Assembly (NCBI GenBank): GCA_965216465.1
Contig: CBDCFW010000005.1
Location: 224,001 to 288,000, forward strand
Reading direction: 5' to 3'
DNA length: 64,000 nt
Source: Bacteroidia bacterium
Lineage (GTDB): Bacteria > Bacteroidota > Bacteroidia > NS11-12g > UBA9320
The notes under the pieces were generated by a model that searched no databases, was not told the origin of the DNA, and saw nothing but the letters and a program-made list of their open reading frames with translations. A program made the position numbers and the translations under genes. Numbering within the stretch: position 1 is the stretch's first letter; every line of letters begins with the position of its first letter. This document shows, piece after piece, positions 39,478 through 50,096 of the stretch.

Positions 39478-41772
39478 CTAATTTTGGTTCGGATCGTAGT
39501 AAAATGTACGAACGGCGTAAGAATATTTACTTCCGTCTGACAATGTAACGTTCACCTCAAAAAGTGATTTGGGTGGAAGAGCGGATTTTTCGTACTGAGG
39601 CTTAAACACCAAAGTAGGCGCCCCATATCCTTCTACTAGCTTTTCAACCTTTACTTCTAAAGGCTTTCCGTCTTGTGAAACCTCAATTACAGCACTATCC
39701 AAATCTCGGTACATTGAGAATGTCCAATTTTCGAATAACATCATTTGTGGGATATCACCTTTTGGCGGCCAACAAACAGGATTTTCCATGTACATTGAAC
39801 TATCCGTTGAACCCGAGTCATCTAATGCCCAAATTACCGCAACATCACGTGTTGATCCATGTCCGTAAATTTGACCATTTGGATATAGCAGCCATCTTCT
39901 GTTTCCTGCACTTGGATTCTTATCATCCATAATGTAAGTCACTGCCAATGAAGTATTTGCATCCTTAATCAACAATGAATGCTTCGCTGCATATGCACCG
40001 TCTGCCGTATAACATCTCCAGCTTTTAGGTGGCTCATGTTCAAGTTTTCTATTTACCGTCATCATAAACGCAGCCTGTTGACAATATTCATTAGTTGCGG
40101 GGTCGAAGAATATTTCAGGAACACCAGCATTTCTTCTAAAATAGTTAATACGATTAGCTACTTTTTGCTGAATATCATCTTCGACAGTTCCGGCTTGGCA
40201 TCTACTGAGATCGCCGTTCCATTCAAAGGCGTCGATTACGTTTCCTTCATCATCTTTTCCTTTTGTTTTAGTTAAGAAATAGTTGTGATAAAAGTCTTCT
40301 TTGGCGATGTAGTGTCTTCTCTCAGAATAATCGGCATCTGGAGCATAGGCCATCTGCTCTGCAAAAACTTGATTTACTTCTGCAAATCGATTCGCTGCAA
40401 CTAAAAGGCCAAGATACTTGTCATTAATTGCCAAAATACGCTCAAGATCGTCTGCTGACTTAGTTGAATCGTATTCGTCTTTCATCAACATATAAATTGC
40501 TCCTTGTTCATCTACAGTGGTTCTTACCACTTCCTTTTCAGCGATAATTTTTCTTCTTAACTCTACTAAGCCAGAATTGTCTGGATAGCGCTTAATAGCC
40601 TGTTTTAAGATAAAGGTTGCAAAAGATAATCCCTTCGTTTTATATGCATAATCTGAAATCACAGCCCAACGTTCTGCTATGTCAGGTGCAGTGTCAGATT
40701 TCGCGGTGTTGTTAATGTATTTGTTAAGTACATGCTCTGCACTGATGTTATGATTATAGGTTTGGAAATACTCGGCAAGTTTCCAAAGCACATTTTCTGA
40801 TTTGGGTTCAACAAAAACATCGGTTCGTTTAATTTTCGATGCATTTTTTGACTTAGAGCGTTCAACTTTCTCACTAACAAATTTGGCAATGAGTTGATTA
40901 GCATCATCATGCAAGTCGTTCATCAGCTTGTGTTTGATTAGAAAGATATAAATAGAATTCTCTTTGTGTAGTAGGTCTTTATCAGCAGGAACGAATTCTA
41001 ACACTTCTTGAACGTAATCTAGCAGTTGCTGAGAAGGAGGCATCGTTTTAGCGATATCAAGTGTGATTCCCTTGTGATAGAAATTTAATTTGGCATGGTT
41101 TCCGAAAAATTCACGGCCATTTGCTATCATCAATTTAGCGCTATCGTATTTTCCTTGCTCCCAGTATTTATTAATGAAATAAATATGAGGCTCGGTTTCA
41201 TACTTATTGTCTTCTAGAACACCATTCTCTAAATCTTCATTATACCAAGCAAGTAAGTCTTTGTATTGCTTTTCGCACTTAGCTGTATCTTCATAAGCAA
41301 GGGCACTCTTAGCAGACATCATATAAGCAAAACGATTGCCATTCAGCATATACGACAAGTCAAACATTGCCGAAGCCTTAGACATTTTGTTAATGTTGTA
41401 TTTTGCCATTGCTTCTTCATTTTGACGTTCCGCTAGCTCATCAACAAATTCTTCAAATTCAGGACCAACTGTGCTGTCTTTATCTTTTTTTCTTGCCTTC
41501 TTAACAGCTTTAACTGCATCTTTTACTAGGTCTGGATCCTTTTCAAATGCCAGCGGATCTTTTGCAAGCTCCAATTGAGCCATTGCAAAGTAGTAATAGA
41601 GTTCTGGCATCTTCTTTAGCTCAGGATCGTCCATGTAAGCTAGACCCAGTTTCTGAGCACGTTTATAATTGCCATCTTCTAAGGCCCATTCCATCTTTTC
41701 TAATTGACCAAAAGATGTTAGGGTTATAACAACCAGTGTCAGGGTAAATAACGGTTTTGTTAATCTTGTCAT
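39478..41772 (-). CDS. Secreted helical-repeat (TPR-like) protein with C-terminal CAP/SCP domain
   Basis: Signal peptide from ATG 41772; helical repeats; RINYFRRNAGV, LEHEPP, AGNRRWLLYP. Confidence 0.72.
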   Translation of the reverse strand: MTRLTKPLFTLTLVVITLTSFGQLEKMEWALEDGNYKRAQKLGLAYMDDPELKKMPELYYYFAMAQLELAKDPLAFEKDPDLVKDAVKAVKKARKKDKDSTVGPEFEEFVDELAERQNEEAMAKYNINKMSKASAMFDLSYMLNGNRFAYMMSAKSALAYEDTAKCEKQYKDLLAWYNEDLENGVLEDNKYETEPHIYFINKYWEQGKYDSAKLMIANGREFFGNHAKLNFYHKGITLDIAKTMPPSQQLLDYVQEVLEFVPADKDLLHKENSIYIFLIKHKLMNDLHDDANQLIAKFVSEKVERSKSKNASKIKRTDVFVEPKSENVLWKLAEYFQTYNHNISAEHVLNKYINNTAKSDTAPDIAERWAVISDYAYKTKGLSFATFILKQAIKRYPDNSGLVELRRKIIAEKEVVRTTVDEQGAIYMLMKDEYDSTKSADDLERILAINDKYLGLLVAANRFAEVNQVFAEQMAYAPDADYSERRHYIAKEDFYHNYFLTKTKGKDDEGNVIDAFEWNGDLSRCQAGTVEDDIQQKVANRINYFRRNAGVPEIFFDPATNEYCQQAAFMMTVNRKLEHEPPKSWRCYTADGAYAAKHSLLIKDANTSLAVTYIMDDKNPSAGNRRWLLYPNGQIYGHGSTRDVAVIWALDDSGSTDSSMYMENPVCWPPKGDIPQMMLFENWTFSMYRDLDSAVIEVSQDGKPLEVKVEKLVEGYGAPTLVFKPQYEKSALPPKSLFEVNVTLSDGSKYSYAVRTFYYDPNQN

Positions 41773-41789
41773 TTCTTCTACAATTATAT

Positions 41790-42074
41790 TTACTTTAATT
41801 TCAAACTCCAAGCCATTGCCTTACTTGCAAACAATGCTTTCGTTTTAGGCCAAATAATGGAGAATGCTTCTGAATTTCTATAATTTTCCAAGCTTTCAGG
41901 ATTTAGCCACAAGCTGTGTGTAAAAATGATGTTTTTATCATTTTCATCTTGGTACAGTTTGAGTTTCAATATTCCAGGCATGGATTCAATCTGCGACTTA
42001 ATGGTTTTAAAATAAGCTAAAAAGCTATCTGTTTCTTCCGGGCGAAAATGCATTTTCACTAATCGTAATATCAT
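41790..42074 (-). CDS. Antibiotic-biosynthesis-monooxygenase (ABM) domain protein
   Basis: RLVKMHF...PG...FTHSLW...LENYRNSE...AWSL. Confidence 0.85.
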   Translation of the reverse strand: MILRLVKMHFRPEETDSFLAYFKTIKSQIESMPGILKLKLYQDENDKNIIFTHSLWLNPESLENYRNSEAFSIIWPKTKALFASKAMAWSLKLK

Positions 42075-42838
42075 CGTTTTTCAATAATAAGCGGTTTGTA
42101 TTTTCGTAAATTTAATAGCTGCTGAGCACTACTTTTCTTAATGGCCACAACTAAATAATCGTGATCAGAAAAGTAGCAAAGAGGATCTCCTTCTTGAACA
42201 TCTGCAAAGTTCTTGGAGATTGAATTGATACTTGAATGTCTACTCAGATTAATGGTGTATGGGTGCGATTGAACAAAGGTCTCAAATTCGTTCCGCGACA
42301 CATTGGTATAAGCGTTTCCAAAGTGATCTACAAACAGCACTGTTCCTCGTAATTCATTCTCATCTCTAACGGGAATAATCTTACTTTTGGTATTTACTTT
42401 ATCTGTCTTTTGAGCTACTTGGTCTAAATTGTAATTGGCGTTTACGAGCTTTTCAATAAACGGCAAATACACATTTTGAATCTTTACTTCGTAGTGCTCA
42501 GTGGGCAATAAATAGTAATCCATAAAATCTTCGCCAAAAATTAAACTTAAGATTCCGTTATCAGGAGCGATGAAAAAATGACCGTTATACTTAGCTGCAA
42601 GATGGCCTTCAAACGAGGTAGCAACTACATTGGTAGCCAGTATATGAACGCTTCCCTGTTCAAAGTCTTGATACACCATAGAAGACAAATACGCAGCTTC
42701 TACAATATCAAATGGTTCAATTCTACTTGTTATCTCAATAAAGGGCATTTTGACGTTCATTTGATCCATTGCACCTCTAAACGAGGCCAAATAATGCGAA
42801 TCAGCACCAAAATCACTTAAAAATGTAAGTACAGACAA
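42071..42838 (-). CDS. SAM hydrolase / SAM-dependent halogenase (DUF62) family protein
   Basis: LTFLSDFG, FIAPDNGILS, VDHFGNAYTN. Confidence 0.85.
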   Translation of the reverse strand: MSVLTFLSDFGADSHYLASFRGAMDQMNVKMPFIEITSRIEPFDIVEAAYLSSMVYQDFEQGSVHILATNVVATSFEGHLAAKYNGHFFIAPDNGILSLIFGEDFMDYYLLPTEHYEVKIQNVYLPFIEKLVNANYNLDQVAQKTDKVNTKSKIIPVRDENELRGTVLFVDHFGNAYTNVSRNEFETFVQSHPYTINLSRHSSINSISKNFADVQEGDPLCYFSDHDYLVVAIKKSSAQQLLNLRKYKPLIIEKR

Positions 42839-42902
42839 GTTAAAATTTACTTAATTTAGCCGACGAAAATAAGCACTGTACCTAACATTTTTATAAAATA
42901 CC

Positions 42903-43841
42903 TTGGCAGAAAGAAAATATTTAATTGAAGACATAAATCCATCTCGATTTTTTGGTCCGTACAACAGTTATTTTAAATTGTTTAAGGCCAAATATGAAAC
43001 CTTAAAAATCTCTTCTCGTGGAAATCAGATCACCATCAAAGGTGAAGATAAAGACATCGACGAGTTTATTACCGCCACCGAGTCAATTGTGAAATACCTA
43101 AAACTAAACGAAAATGTAAGTTTGGGAGATATAGAACGCGTGGTTGAAGGCGAAGAGAATACAGAGAAAAAAGAAAAGGGAATTATTATTCACGGACAAA
43201 GTGGAAGAATCATTTCTGCTCGAACGAAGAACCAGCAAGAATTAGTGGCAAAGGTTGAAAAAAACGACTTGGTATTTGCTATCGGACCGGCTGGAACAGG
43301 AAAAACATATACTGCTGTAGCTCTGGCAGTTAGAGCATTAAAAAACAAGGAAGTAAAACGTATTGTTTTGTGTAGACCTGCCGTTGAAGCTGGAGAGAGT
43401 TTAGGTTTTTTACCAGGAGATCTAAAAGAAAAAGTTGACCCTTATTTACGCCCCTTATACGACGCATTATTAGACATGCTTCCTGCCGAAAAATTTAGAG
43501 CCTATATGGAGAAAGGCATTATCGAAATAGCACCGATGGCCTTTATGCGAGGAAGAACACTGAACAACTGTTTCACCATTTTAGATGAAGCTCAAAATGC
43601 AACCGAAACACAACTCAAAATGTTCTTAACGCGTATGGGTCCAATCTCAAAAGTAGTGGTTACCGGAGACCTCAGTCAAATTGACCTTCCTCCAAAGGCC
43701 AAAAGTGGTTTAGCGACTGCTTTAGACATCCTTAAACCTGTAAAAGATATTGGCATCGTTCGATTAAACGAAAATGATGTCGTACGTCACCGACTAGTTA
43801 AAGACATCATTAAAGCTTACAACAAAAAGAAAAAGGATTAA
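42903..43841 (+). CDS. phoH: PhoH-family ATPase
   Basis: IGPAGTGKT, RPAVEAGESLGFLPGD, FMRGRT, LDEAQN, DVVRH. Confidence 0.93.
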   Translation: MAERKYLIEDINPSRFFGPYNSYFKLFKAKYETLKISSRGNQITIKGEDKDIDEFITATESIVKYLKLNENVSLGDIERVVEGEENTEKKEKGIIIHGQSGRIISARTKNQQELVAKVEKNDLVFAIGPAGTGKTYTAVALAVRALKNKEVKRIVLCRPAVEAGESLGFLPGDLKEKVDPYLRPLYDALLDMLPAEKFRAYMEKGIIEIAPMAFMRGRTLNNCFTILDEAQNATETQLKMFLTRMGPISKVVVTGDLSQIDLPPKAKSGLATALDILKPVKDIGIVRLNENDVVRHRLVKDIIKAYNKKKKD

Positions 43842-44039
43842 TGCGTTGAGTAAAAAGTTGCGATGGGGCATTTTTTGTACTGCTATAATTTGCAAAAAAG
43901 CGAATAAGTATCAATAAAAATAATCCACGCTCCTTTAGTACATCATCCTTCACAAAATCAAGCAGTTACATCGTTATTTGTATAGTTTCTAAATTAACAA
44001 ATTGTGAATATCTGAATCCAGTCGATTTTATGAGTCGTC

Positions 44040-44047
44040 TATATTTG
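44040..44047 (+). promoter_or_regulatory. -7 promoter element of the act operon
   Basis: TATATTTG followed by CAGCCGC, about 30 nt before actA. Confidence 0.6.
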
Positions 44048-44076
44048 CAGCCGCATAGATATATGCATATAATTGT

Positions 44077-45009
44077 ATGTACAAACCAAAAACCAACATA
44101 GTCCTAGTACTAATTTTTACATCAATAAGCACCTTATCATTTTCAAATAATAATATGTCATCATTTTATTCAGATTCTACGTTTCTCGCGTTAATGATTT
44201 TATCGCTAGTGTTAGTAGCCATCTCAGCCTTGTTGTTTGGGATTCAAAAACACTTGAAAACATTAAATCGTGAAAAGTATCCAGAGGAAGCAGAGCCTTC
44301 TTTGTACGAAAGAAAAATCAAGCCGGTTATTTCAAAATGGAATCCTACCGTAGCTACTTTGGTGATTACAGGAATTCTTCTTGTATTCTTCATTGGGCCT
44401 ATGGGTTACATGTATGGAATGAACGAGGTTGGTGTTCAGCAAGGATATGCTCCAGAACAACCAATCAACTTCTCGCATGAGATTCACGCTGGCCAGTATG
44501 AAATCGATTGTAAGTATTGCCACAGTACGGTAGAAAAGTCAAAATCAGCAAGTATTCCTTCATTGAACACCTGTATGAACTGTCACAAGTTTGTGAAAGC
44601 TTCTGACAAGTACAATGGAAATACTTCTCCAGAGATACAAAAAATCTATGATGCAATCGGATATGATGGTGAAAACATGGAGTACATCGAAGGTGCGGTT
44701 CAAAAACCAATTAAATGGGTGAGAATTCATAACCTTCCTGATTTGTCTTACTTCAATCACTCGCAACACGTTGTTGTTGGTAAGGTAGAATGTCAAACTT
44801 GTCACGGACCAATTGAAGAAATGGAAAGAGTTTACCAATTCTCTTCTCTTCAAATGGGATGGTGTGTTGATTGTCACCGCGAAAGAGGTATCGATTCAGA
44901 AAACAATAAGTACTATGAAGAAGTACATAAGAATATGAAAGCCGAAGGTAAGGACTACATTACCGTTGCTGAGAACGGGGGATTAGAATGTAGTAAGTGT
45001 CACTATTAA
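44077..45009 (+). CDS. actA: Alternative complex III pentaheme cytochrome c subunit ActA
   Basis: Five CxxCH motifs (CKYCH, CMNCH, CQTCH, CVDCH, CSKCH), PEQPINFSHEIHAG, N-terminal TMs. Confidence 0.92.
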   Translation: MYKPKTNIVLVLIFTSISTLSFSNNNMSSFYSDSTFLALMILSLVLVAISALLFGIQKHLKTLNREKYPEEAEPSLYERKIKPVISKWNPTVATLVITGILLVFFIGPMGYMYGMNEVGVQQGYAPEQPINFSHEIHAGQYEIDCKYCHSTVEKSKSASIPSLNTCMNCHKFVKASDKYNGNTSPEIQKIYDAIGYDGENMEYIEGAVQKPIKWVRIHNLPDLSYFNHSQHVVVGKVECQTCHGPIEEMERVYQFSSLQMGWCVDCHRERGIDSENNKYYEEVHKNMKAEGKDYITVAENGGLECSKCHY

Positions 45010-45034
45010 TTAAAAGTCTAGAGAATATACATAA

Positions 45035-48000
45035 ATGAAGTCTTCAAATAAATACTGGAAAGGAATCGAAGAGCTGGAGCAAACTCCTGATTTCGTTGAC
45101 GCAAATGTTAACGAATTTTCAGAAGGATTGCCGTTAGACAAAGTTTTCGGAAACGATGATGATGTTAGAGCGAATCGAAGAGACTTTCTTAAATTTTTTG
45201 GTTTCAGCCTTGGTGCGGTAACCTTAGCTGCGTGTAATAGAACGTCAGTTAAAAAAGCAGTTCCATATGCTGTTAAACCTGAAAACGTAACTCCTGGAGT
45301 ACCTTTATACTATGCTAGCTCATCGGTTAGCAACAGCGAAGGTTTCCCAATGCTTGTTAAAGTTAGAGAAGGACGACCTATTAAGTTCGAACCTAACAAA
45401 GAAGCGAGTTACTACGGTGGTGGTTTAGATGGTCTTGCACACTCTGCAATTCTTTCTTTGTATGACACCAACCGATTACAAGGTCCAATGCTTGCTGGAA
45501 ATAACCAATCAGTTGCATGGGATGAATTTGACAAAAACGTTGTTGCTGCTTTAGACAAAACTGCAGCCAGCGGTAAATCAATTGCTATTGTAACTGGATC
45601 AAATACTAGCTTAGTAAACAATCAAGCTATTGCCGATTTCAAAGCAAAATATGCAAATACCAACACGGTTGCTTATGAAGCGATTTCATACTCTGGAATC
45701 ACTCGAGCAAATAACAGCTCTTTTGGAAAAGCAGTTATTCCTGCGTACAATTTCGACAAAGCAGAAGTTATCGTAAGTTTTGGAGCTGATTTCTTAGGGA
45801 CTTGGATTAGCCCAGTAAGATTCTCTTCAGACTACGCTAAGAACAGAGTTCCTAAAAATGGTAAAATGTCTAAGCATTACCAATTTGAAGCCTTGATGTC
45901 TTTAACTGGGTCAAATGCTGACAGCCGTGCTCCAATGAAGATGAGTAACGTTGGTCAACACCTTATCGCATTGTACAATGCGCTTGGTGGATCTAGCTCA
46001 AGCAAAGGAATGGAGCTTGCCGGTAACGCAATTAAGAAAGCAGCCGCTGACTTAAAATCTGCACAAGGTAAATCGCTAGTTGTTTGTGGAAGCAATAACG
46101 AAGCTGACCAAATGTTGGTTAACGAAATCAATATGATGCTTGGTAACTATGGATCGACTATCGATCTTACCAACTATTATAAAGGTCAAAGTGCTGACGA
46201 AAGAGATTTCGCTCAGTTTGCTAAAGATGCAAAAGCTGGAAAATATGGTGCCGCAATCTTTGTAGATTGTAATCCAGTTTATTCTCATCCTCAAATTGCT
46301 GATGCTCTTGCTAAGATTGGTACAAAAATCAGTACAGCAATTACTATGGATGAAACAGCTAAAGGATGTTCGCACGTTGCTACCAACTTGCACGCTCTTG
46401 AAAGCTGGGACATTAAAGAGCCATACAACGGCAGATATGTATTCAACCAACCTACAATCTCTCCAGTATTTAACGGAAGACAGGCAGCTAGTTCACTAGT
46501 AGCTTGGGCAGGAGGTAATGTTGCTGACAATGGCGAATACACCCATGGATACAGCTACATGAAGTCTGTATTCGCTGACCAAATTGGCGGAAACTTCATC
46601 AAAACTATTGAGCAAGGATTTAAAGACAACGTAGGTGTTGCCTCTACTCCTGCCCTAGTTGGAAATGTAAACTTCGGTGACATTGCTAAGAAGTCTGACC
46701 AAACTGAAATTATCCTTTACCAAAAAGTGGGTGTTAGAGATGGTGCTTTTGGAAACACTCCTTGGGCACACGAAATGCCAGATCCAATCACTAAAGTAAC
46801 TTGGGATAACTACTTAACCGTTTCAATGCCAGACGCAAAAGCAAACGGATGGGTAGATGGAGACCTTGTTAACATATCAGCAGGTTCAGGTTCAATTGAA
46901 GCTCTACCTATCTTAATTCAACCAGGACAAGCTAAAGGTACATACGGTGTTGCTCTAGGATACGGAAGAGAATTACCTGATACCGTTAAGAATGACCTTA
47001 AAGACTTAGGTAAGAATGCCTTCCCTCTTGTAAATTACAAAGGAGGATCTGCTTCTTATACTATTTCAAACCCAAGCTTCGAAAAAGCAGAAGGTAGACG
47101 TCATGAGTTTGGACAAACACAAACACACTACTCTATTGAAGGTAGAGATATTGTAAGAGAAGCTAGCTTAGAAGAATACCGTAAAGATCCTCATGCTGGT
47201 GGACACTTCCATAAACCAAAACCAATTTCGTTGTGGGATGATCATGATTATAGCAAAGGTCACCACTGGGGTATGGCCATCGACCTAAACAAGTGTACAG
47301 GTTGTAGTGCTTGTATTGTAAGTTGTTCTATTGAAAACAACGTACCAATTGTAGGAAGAGATGAGGTTAGAAGAAGAAGAGAAATGCATTGGTTGCGTAT
47401 TGATAGATACTACAGCTTTGAAGTACCTGAAACTAAAGACTTGAGCTTAAGTCTTGTTAACGGTGGAGATCAGCACGTAGAAAAAGGTGACTACATGACT
47501 CAGGAGAAGGTAATGGAAGAATATTCTTCAGTAACAGATTCTACTGATTACTACCAAAATGTAAAAGTAGTTCACCAACCGATGTTATGTCAGCATTGTG
47601 ATAATGCTCCTTGTGAGACTGTATGCCCGGTACTAGCAACCACGCACAGTTCCGAAGGTCTTAACCAAATGACATACAACAGATGTATTGGAACTAAGTA
47701 CTGCGGAAATAACTGTCCGTATAAAGTAAGAAGATTTAACTGGTTTAAATACAATAACAACTCGAAGTTCGATTACCACTTCAGCAACGATCTAGGTAAA
47801 ATGGTTATTAACCCTGATGTTACTGTAAGATCAAGAGGTGTAATGGAGAAATGTAGTTTCTGTGTTCAAAGAATTCAAACTGCTAAGCTTACAGCTAAGA
47901 AAGAGAATCGTACGCTAGAAGCTAATGAGTTTACCACAGCATGTGCTCAAACTTGTCCTTCAGGAGCTATCGTATTTGGTGACATGAATGATCCAAACAG

Positions 48001-48130
48001 CGACATCTCTAAATTGTACAAAGACGAAAGAGCATATCACGTTATTGAAGAGTTAGGTACTAAGCCAAGTGTTAAGTACATGACTAAGATCAGAAATAAA
48101 GAAGCAAACACTAACCATAACGCGCATTAA
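45035..48130 (+). CDS. actB: Alternative complex III subunit ActB (TAT-exported molybdopterin-oxidoreductase-like plus Fe-S domain)
   Basis: RRDFLK TAT motif, LAAC lipobox, CTGCSACIVSC, CQHCDNAPCETVCP, CIGTKYCGNNCPY, EKCSFC...CAQTCP. Confidence 0.95.
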   Translation: MKSSNKYWKGIEELEQTPDFVDANVNEFSEGLPLDKVFGNDDDVRANRRDFLKFFGFSLGAVTLAACNRTSVKKAVPYAVKPENVTPGVPLYYASSSVSNSEGFPMLVKVREGRPIKFEPNKEASYYGGGLDGLAHSAILSLYDTNRLQGPMLAGNNQSVAWDEFDKNVVAALDKTAASGKSIAIVTGSNTSLVNNQAIADFKAKYANTNTVAYEAISYSGITRANNSSFGKAVIPAYNFDKAEVIVSFGADFLGTWISPVRFSSDYAKNRVPKNGKMSKHYQFEALMSLTGSNADSRAPMKMSNVGQHLIALYNALGGSSSSKGMELAGNAIKKAAADLKSAQGKSLVVCGSNNEADQMLVNEINMMLGNYGSTIDLTNYYKGQSADERDFAQFAKDAKAGKYGAAIFVDCNPVYSHPQIADALAKIGTKISTAITMDETAKGCSHVATNLHALESWDIKEPYNGRYVFNQPTISPVFNGRQAASSLVAWAGGNVADNGEYTHGYSYMKSVFADQIGGNFIKTIEQGFKDNVGVASTPALVGNVNFGDIAKKSDQTEIILYQKVGVRDGAFGNTPWAHEMPDPITKVTWDNYLTVSMPDAKANGWVDGDLVNISAGSGSIEALPILIQPGQAKGTYGVALGYGRELPDTVKNDLKDLGKNAFPLVNYKGGSASYTISNPSFEKAEGRRHEFGQTQTHYSIEGRDIVREASLEEYRKDPHAGGHFHKPKPISLWDDHDYSKGHHWGMAIDLNKCTGCSACIVSCSIENNVPIVGRDEVRRRREMHWLRIDRYYSFEVPETKDLSLSLVNGGDQHVEKGDYMTQEKVMEEYSSVTDSTDYYQNVKVVHQPMLCQHCDNAPCETVCPVLATTHSSEGLNQMTYNRCIGTKYCGNNCPYKVRRFNWFKYNNNSKFDYHFSNDLGKMVINPDVTVRSRGVMEKCSFCVQRIQTAKLTAKKENRTLEANEFTTACAQTCPSGAIVFGDMNDPNSDISKLYKDERAYHVIEELGTKPSVKYMTKIRNKEANTNHNAH

Positions 48131-48139
48131 TAATAAAGC

Positions 48140-49486
48140 ATGTATCAAGCAGAAATTAGACAACCATTAGTAACCGGAGGTAAAACGTACTCCGATGTAA
48201 CTGAAGACATCTGCAGGCCAATTGAAAACAAGCCAACTAAATCTTGGTGGCTCGGATTCACCATTGCTCTAATATGTTTATTCATCTTAGTAGCAACACT
48301 TACTTGGACTGTATGGGAAGGTATCGGAACGTGGAACGTAAACAAAACGGTAATGTGGGGTTGGGATATCACCAACTTCGTATTCTGGGTTGGTATTGGT
48401 CACGCCGGTACTTTGATCTCAGCTATCTTATTACTATTTAGACAAAAATGGAGAATGTCCATTAACCGATCTGCAGAAGCAATGACAATCTTTGCGGTAT
48501 TCTGTGCTGCAATATTTCCATTGTTTCACATGGGTAGAGTTTGGTTAGGCTACTGGCCTTTACCACTGCCAAATGCATTTGGTTCGTTATGGGTAAACTT
48601 TAACTCTCCTCTTCTTTGGGACGTATTTGCAATCTCTACTTATCTATCGGTTTCTTTAGTATTCTGGTACTTAGGTTTGATTCCAGATATAGCTACAGTA
48701 AGAGATAGAGCTAAAACTAAAGCTAGAAAATTCTGGTACGGATTCTTTGCAATGGGCTGGAACGGTTCAGCAAAGTCTTGGGCACGTTATGAAGTTGTTG
48801 CTTTGATTCTTGCGGGTATTTCTACCCCACTCGTACTTTCGGTACACACAATTGTATCGATGGACTTCGCGACATCTGTAATTCCTGGATGGCACACCAC
48901 CATCTTCCCTCCATACTTCGTTGCCGGTGCAATTTTCTCTGGTTTCGGTATGGTATTAACCCTTCTTTTAATTGCTCGTCACGTAATGAATTACCAAAAC
49001 TACATTACCACTGAGCATTTAGAGGCCATGTGTAAGGTAATCTTGCTTACAGGGTCATTAGTAGGTTTGGCATATATCACTGAGTTCGTTATTGCAGCAT
49101 ACTCAGGATACCAATATGAACAATACGCGTTCGCAAACAGAATGTTTGGACCTTATGCTTGGGCATACTGGACCATGATGTTCTGTAACCTCGTTGCTCC
49201 TCAAGTATTCTGGAGTAAATGGGCAAGAACTACACCATGGTTCATCTTCATCGTTTCGATCGTTGTAAACATTGGAATGTGGTTTGAGCGTTTCGTAATT
49301 ATCGTAACATCTCTACACAGAGACTTCCTACCAAGTTCTTGGGTAATGTACCACGCAACTTGGGTTGAGGCAGGAATCTTTATTGGAACATTTGGATTAT
49401 TCTTCACTTGTTTCTTCTTATTTGCCAAATTCCTTCCGGTAATCAACATGGCAGAGGTTAAAACAATTATTAAAGACAAAGAGTAA
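48140..49486 (+). CDS. actC: Alternative complex III NrfD-like quinol-binding subunit ActC
   Basis: [43 protein letters not shown]. Confidence 0.95.
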   Translation: MYQAEIRQPLVTGGKTYSDVTEDICRPIENKPTKSWWLGFTIALICLFILVATLTWTVWEGIGTWNVNKTVMWGWDITNFVFWVGIGHAGTLISAILLLFRQKWRMSINRSAEAMTIFAVFCAAIFPLFHMGRVWLGYWPLPLPNAFGSLWVNFNSPLLWDVFAISTYLSVSLVFWYLGLIPDIATVRDRAKTKARKFWYGFFAMGWNGSAKSWARYEVVALILAGISTPLVLSVHTIVSMDFATSVIPGWHTTIFPPYFVAGAIFSGFGMVLTLLLIARHVMNYQNYITTEHLEAMCKVILLTGSLVGLAYITEFVIAAYSGYQYEQYAFANRMFGPYAWAYWTMMFCNLVAPQVFWSKWARTTPWFIFIVSIVVNIGMWFERFVIIVTSLHRDFLPSSWVMYHATWVEAGIFIGTFGLFFTCFFLFAKFLPVINMAEVKTIIKDKE

Positions 49487-49487
49487 A

Positions 49488-50084
49488 ATGGTAGATAAAA
49501 GTATATTATTAGACGATAAGAAGTTTACCCTTGGAATCTTCGATGATTCAGATAAACTTTTACACGCGGTTGAAACCTTGCGTAACAAAGGGGTTAAAAT
49601 CTTTGATTGCTACACTCCATTCCCAGTTCACCACTTAGATAAAGCTTTGGGTTATGAAAGAACTAACTTAACAATAAGTGCATTTCTATGTGGGTTATTA
49701 GGTGCATTGTCAGGGTTTACCCTTGCCTACACCATGAACGTTATGGACTGGCCAATGATCATCGGTGGTAAACCAACAACACTTAACATGTTTACCAGTT
49801 TTATTCCGGTAATCTTTGAGCTTACCATTCTATTTACAGCATTTGGTATGGTAATCATGTTCTTCGCGAGAAGTCGAATGATTCATGGCATTAAAGAAGA
49901 TATCTTAGATGTTAAACAAACCGATGATAAGATGATTTTAGCCATTGACAATAGTGTTGATCAATCAATCGCTAACGCAGAAATCATTTCTACCTTACAA
50001 AGCGAAGGAGCTATTGAAGTGCGTGAGCAAGCTGAAGCATTTAACACTTCACATACAATGGAAGATGAGCAAGTTAACAATTAA
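49488..50084 (+). CDS. actD: Alternative complex III subunit ActD (DUF3341)
   Basis: YTPFPVHHLD, DWPMIIGGKP, IPVIFELTILF. Confidence 0.92.
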   Translation: MVDKSILLDDKKFTLGIFDDSDKLLHAVETLRNKGVKIFDCYTPFPVHHLDKALGYERTNLTISAFLCGLLGALSGFTLAYTMNVMDWPMIIGGKPTTLNMFTSFIPVIFELTILFTAFGMVIMFFARSRMIHGIKEDILDVKQTDDKMILAIDNSVDQSIANAEIISTLQSEGAIEVREQAEAFNTSHTMEDEQVNN

Positions 50085-50096
50085 TGAATTAGACCA

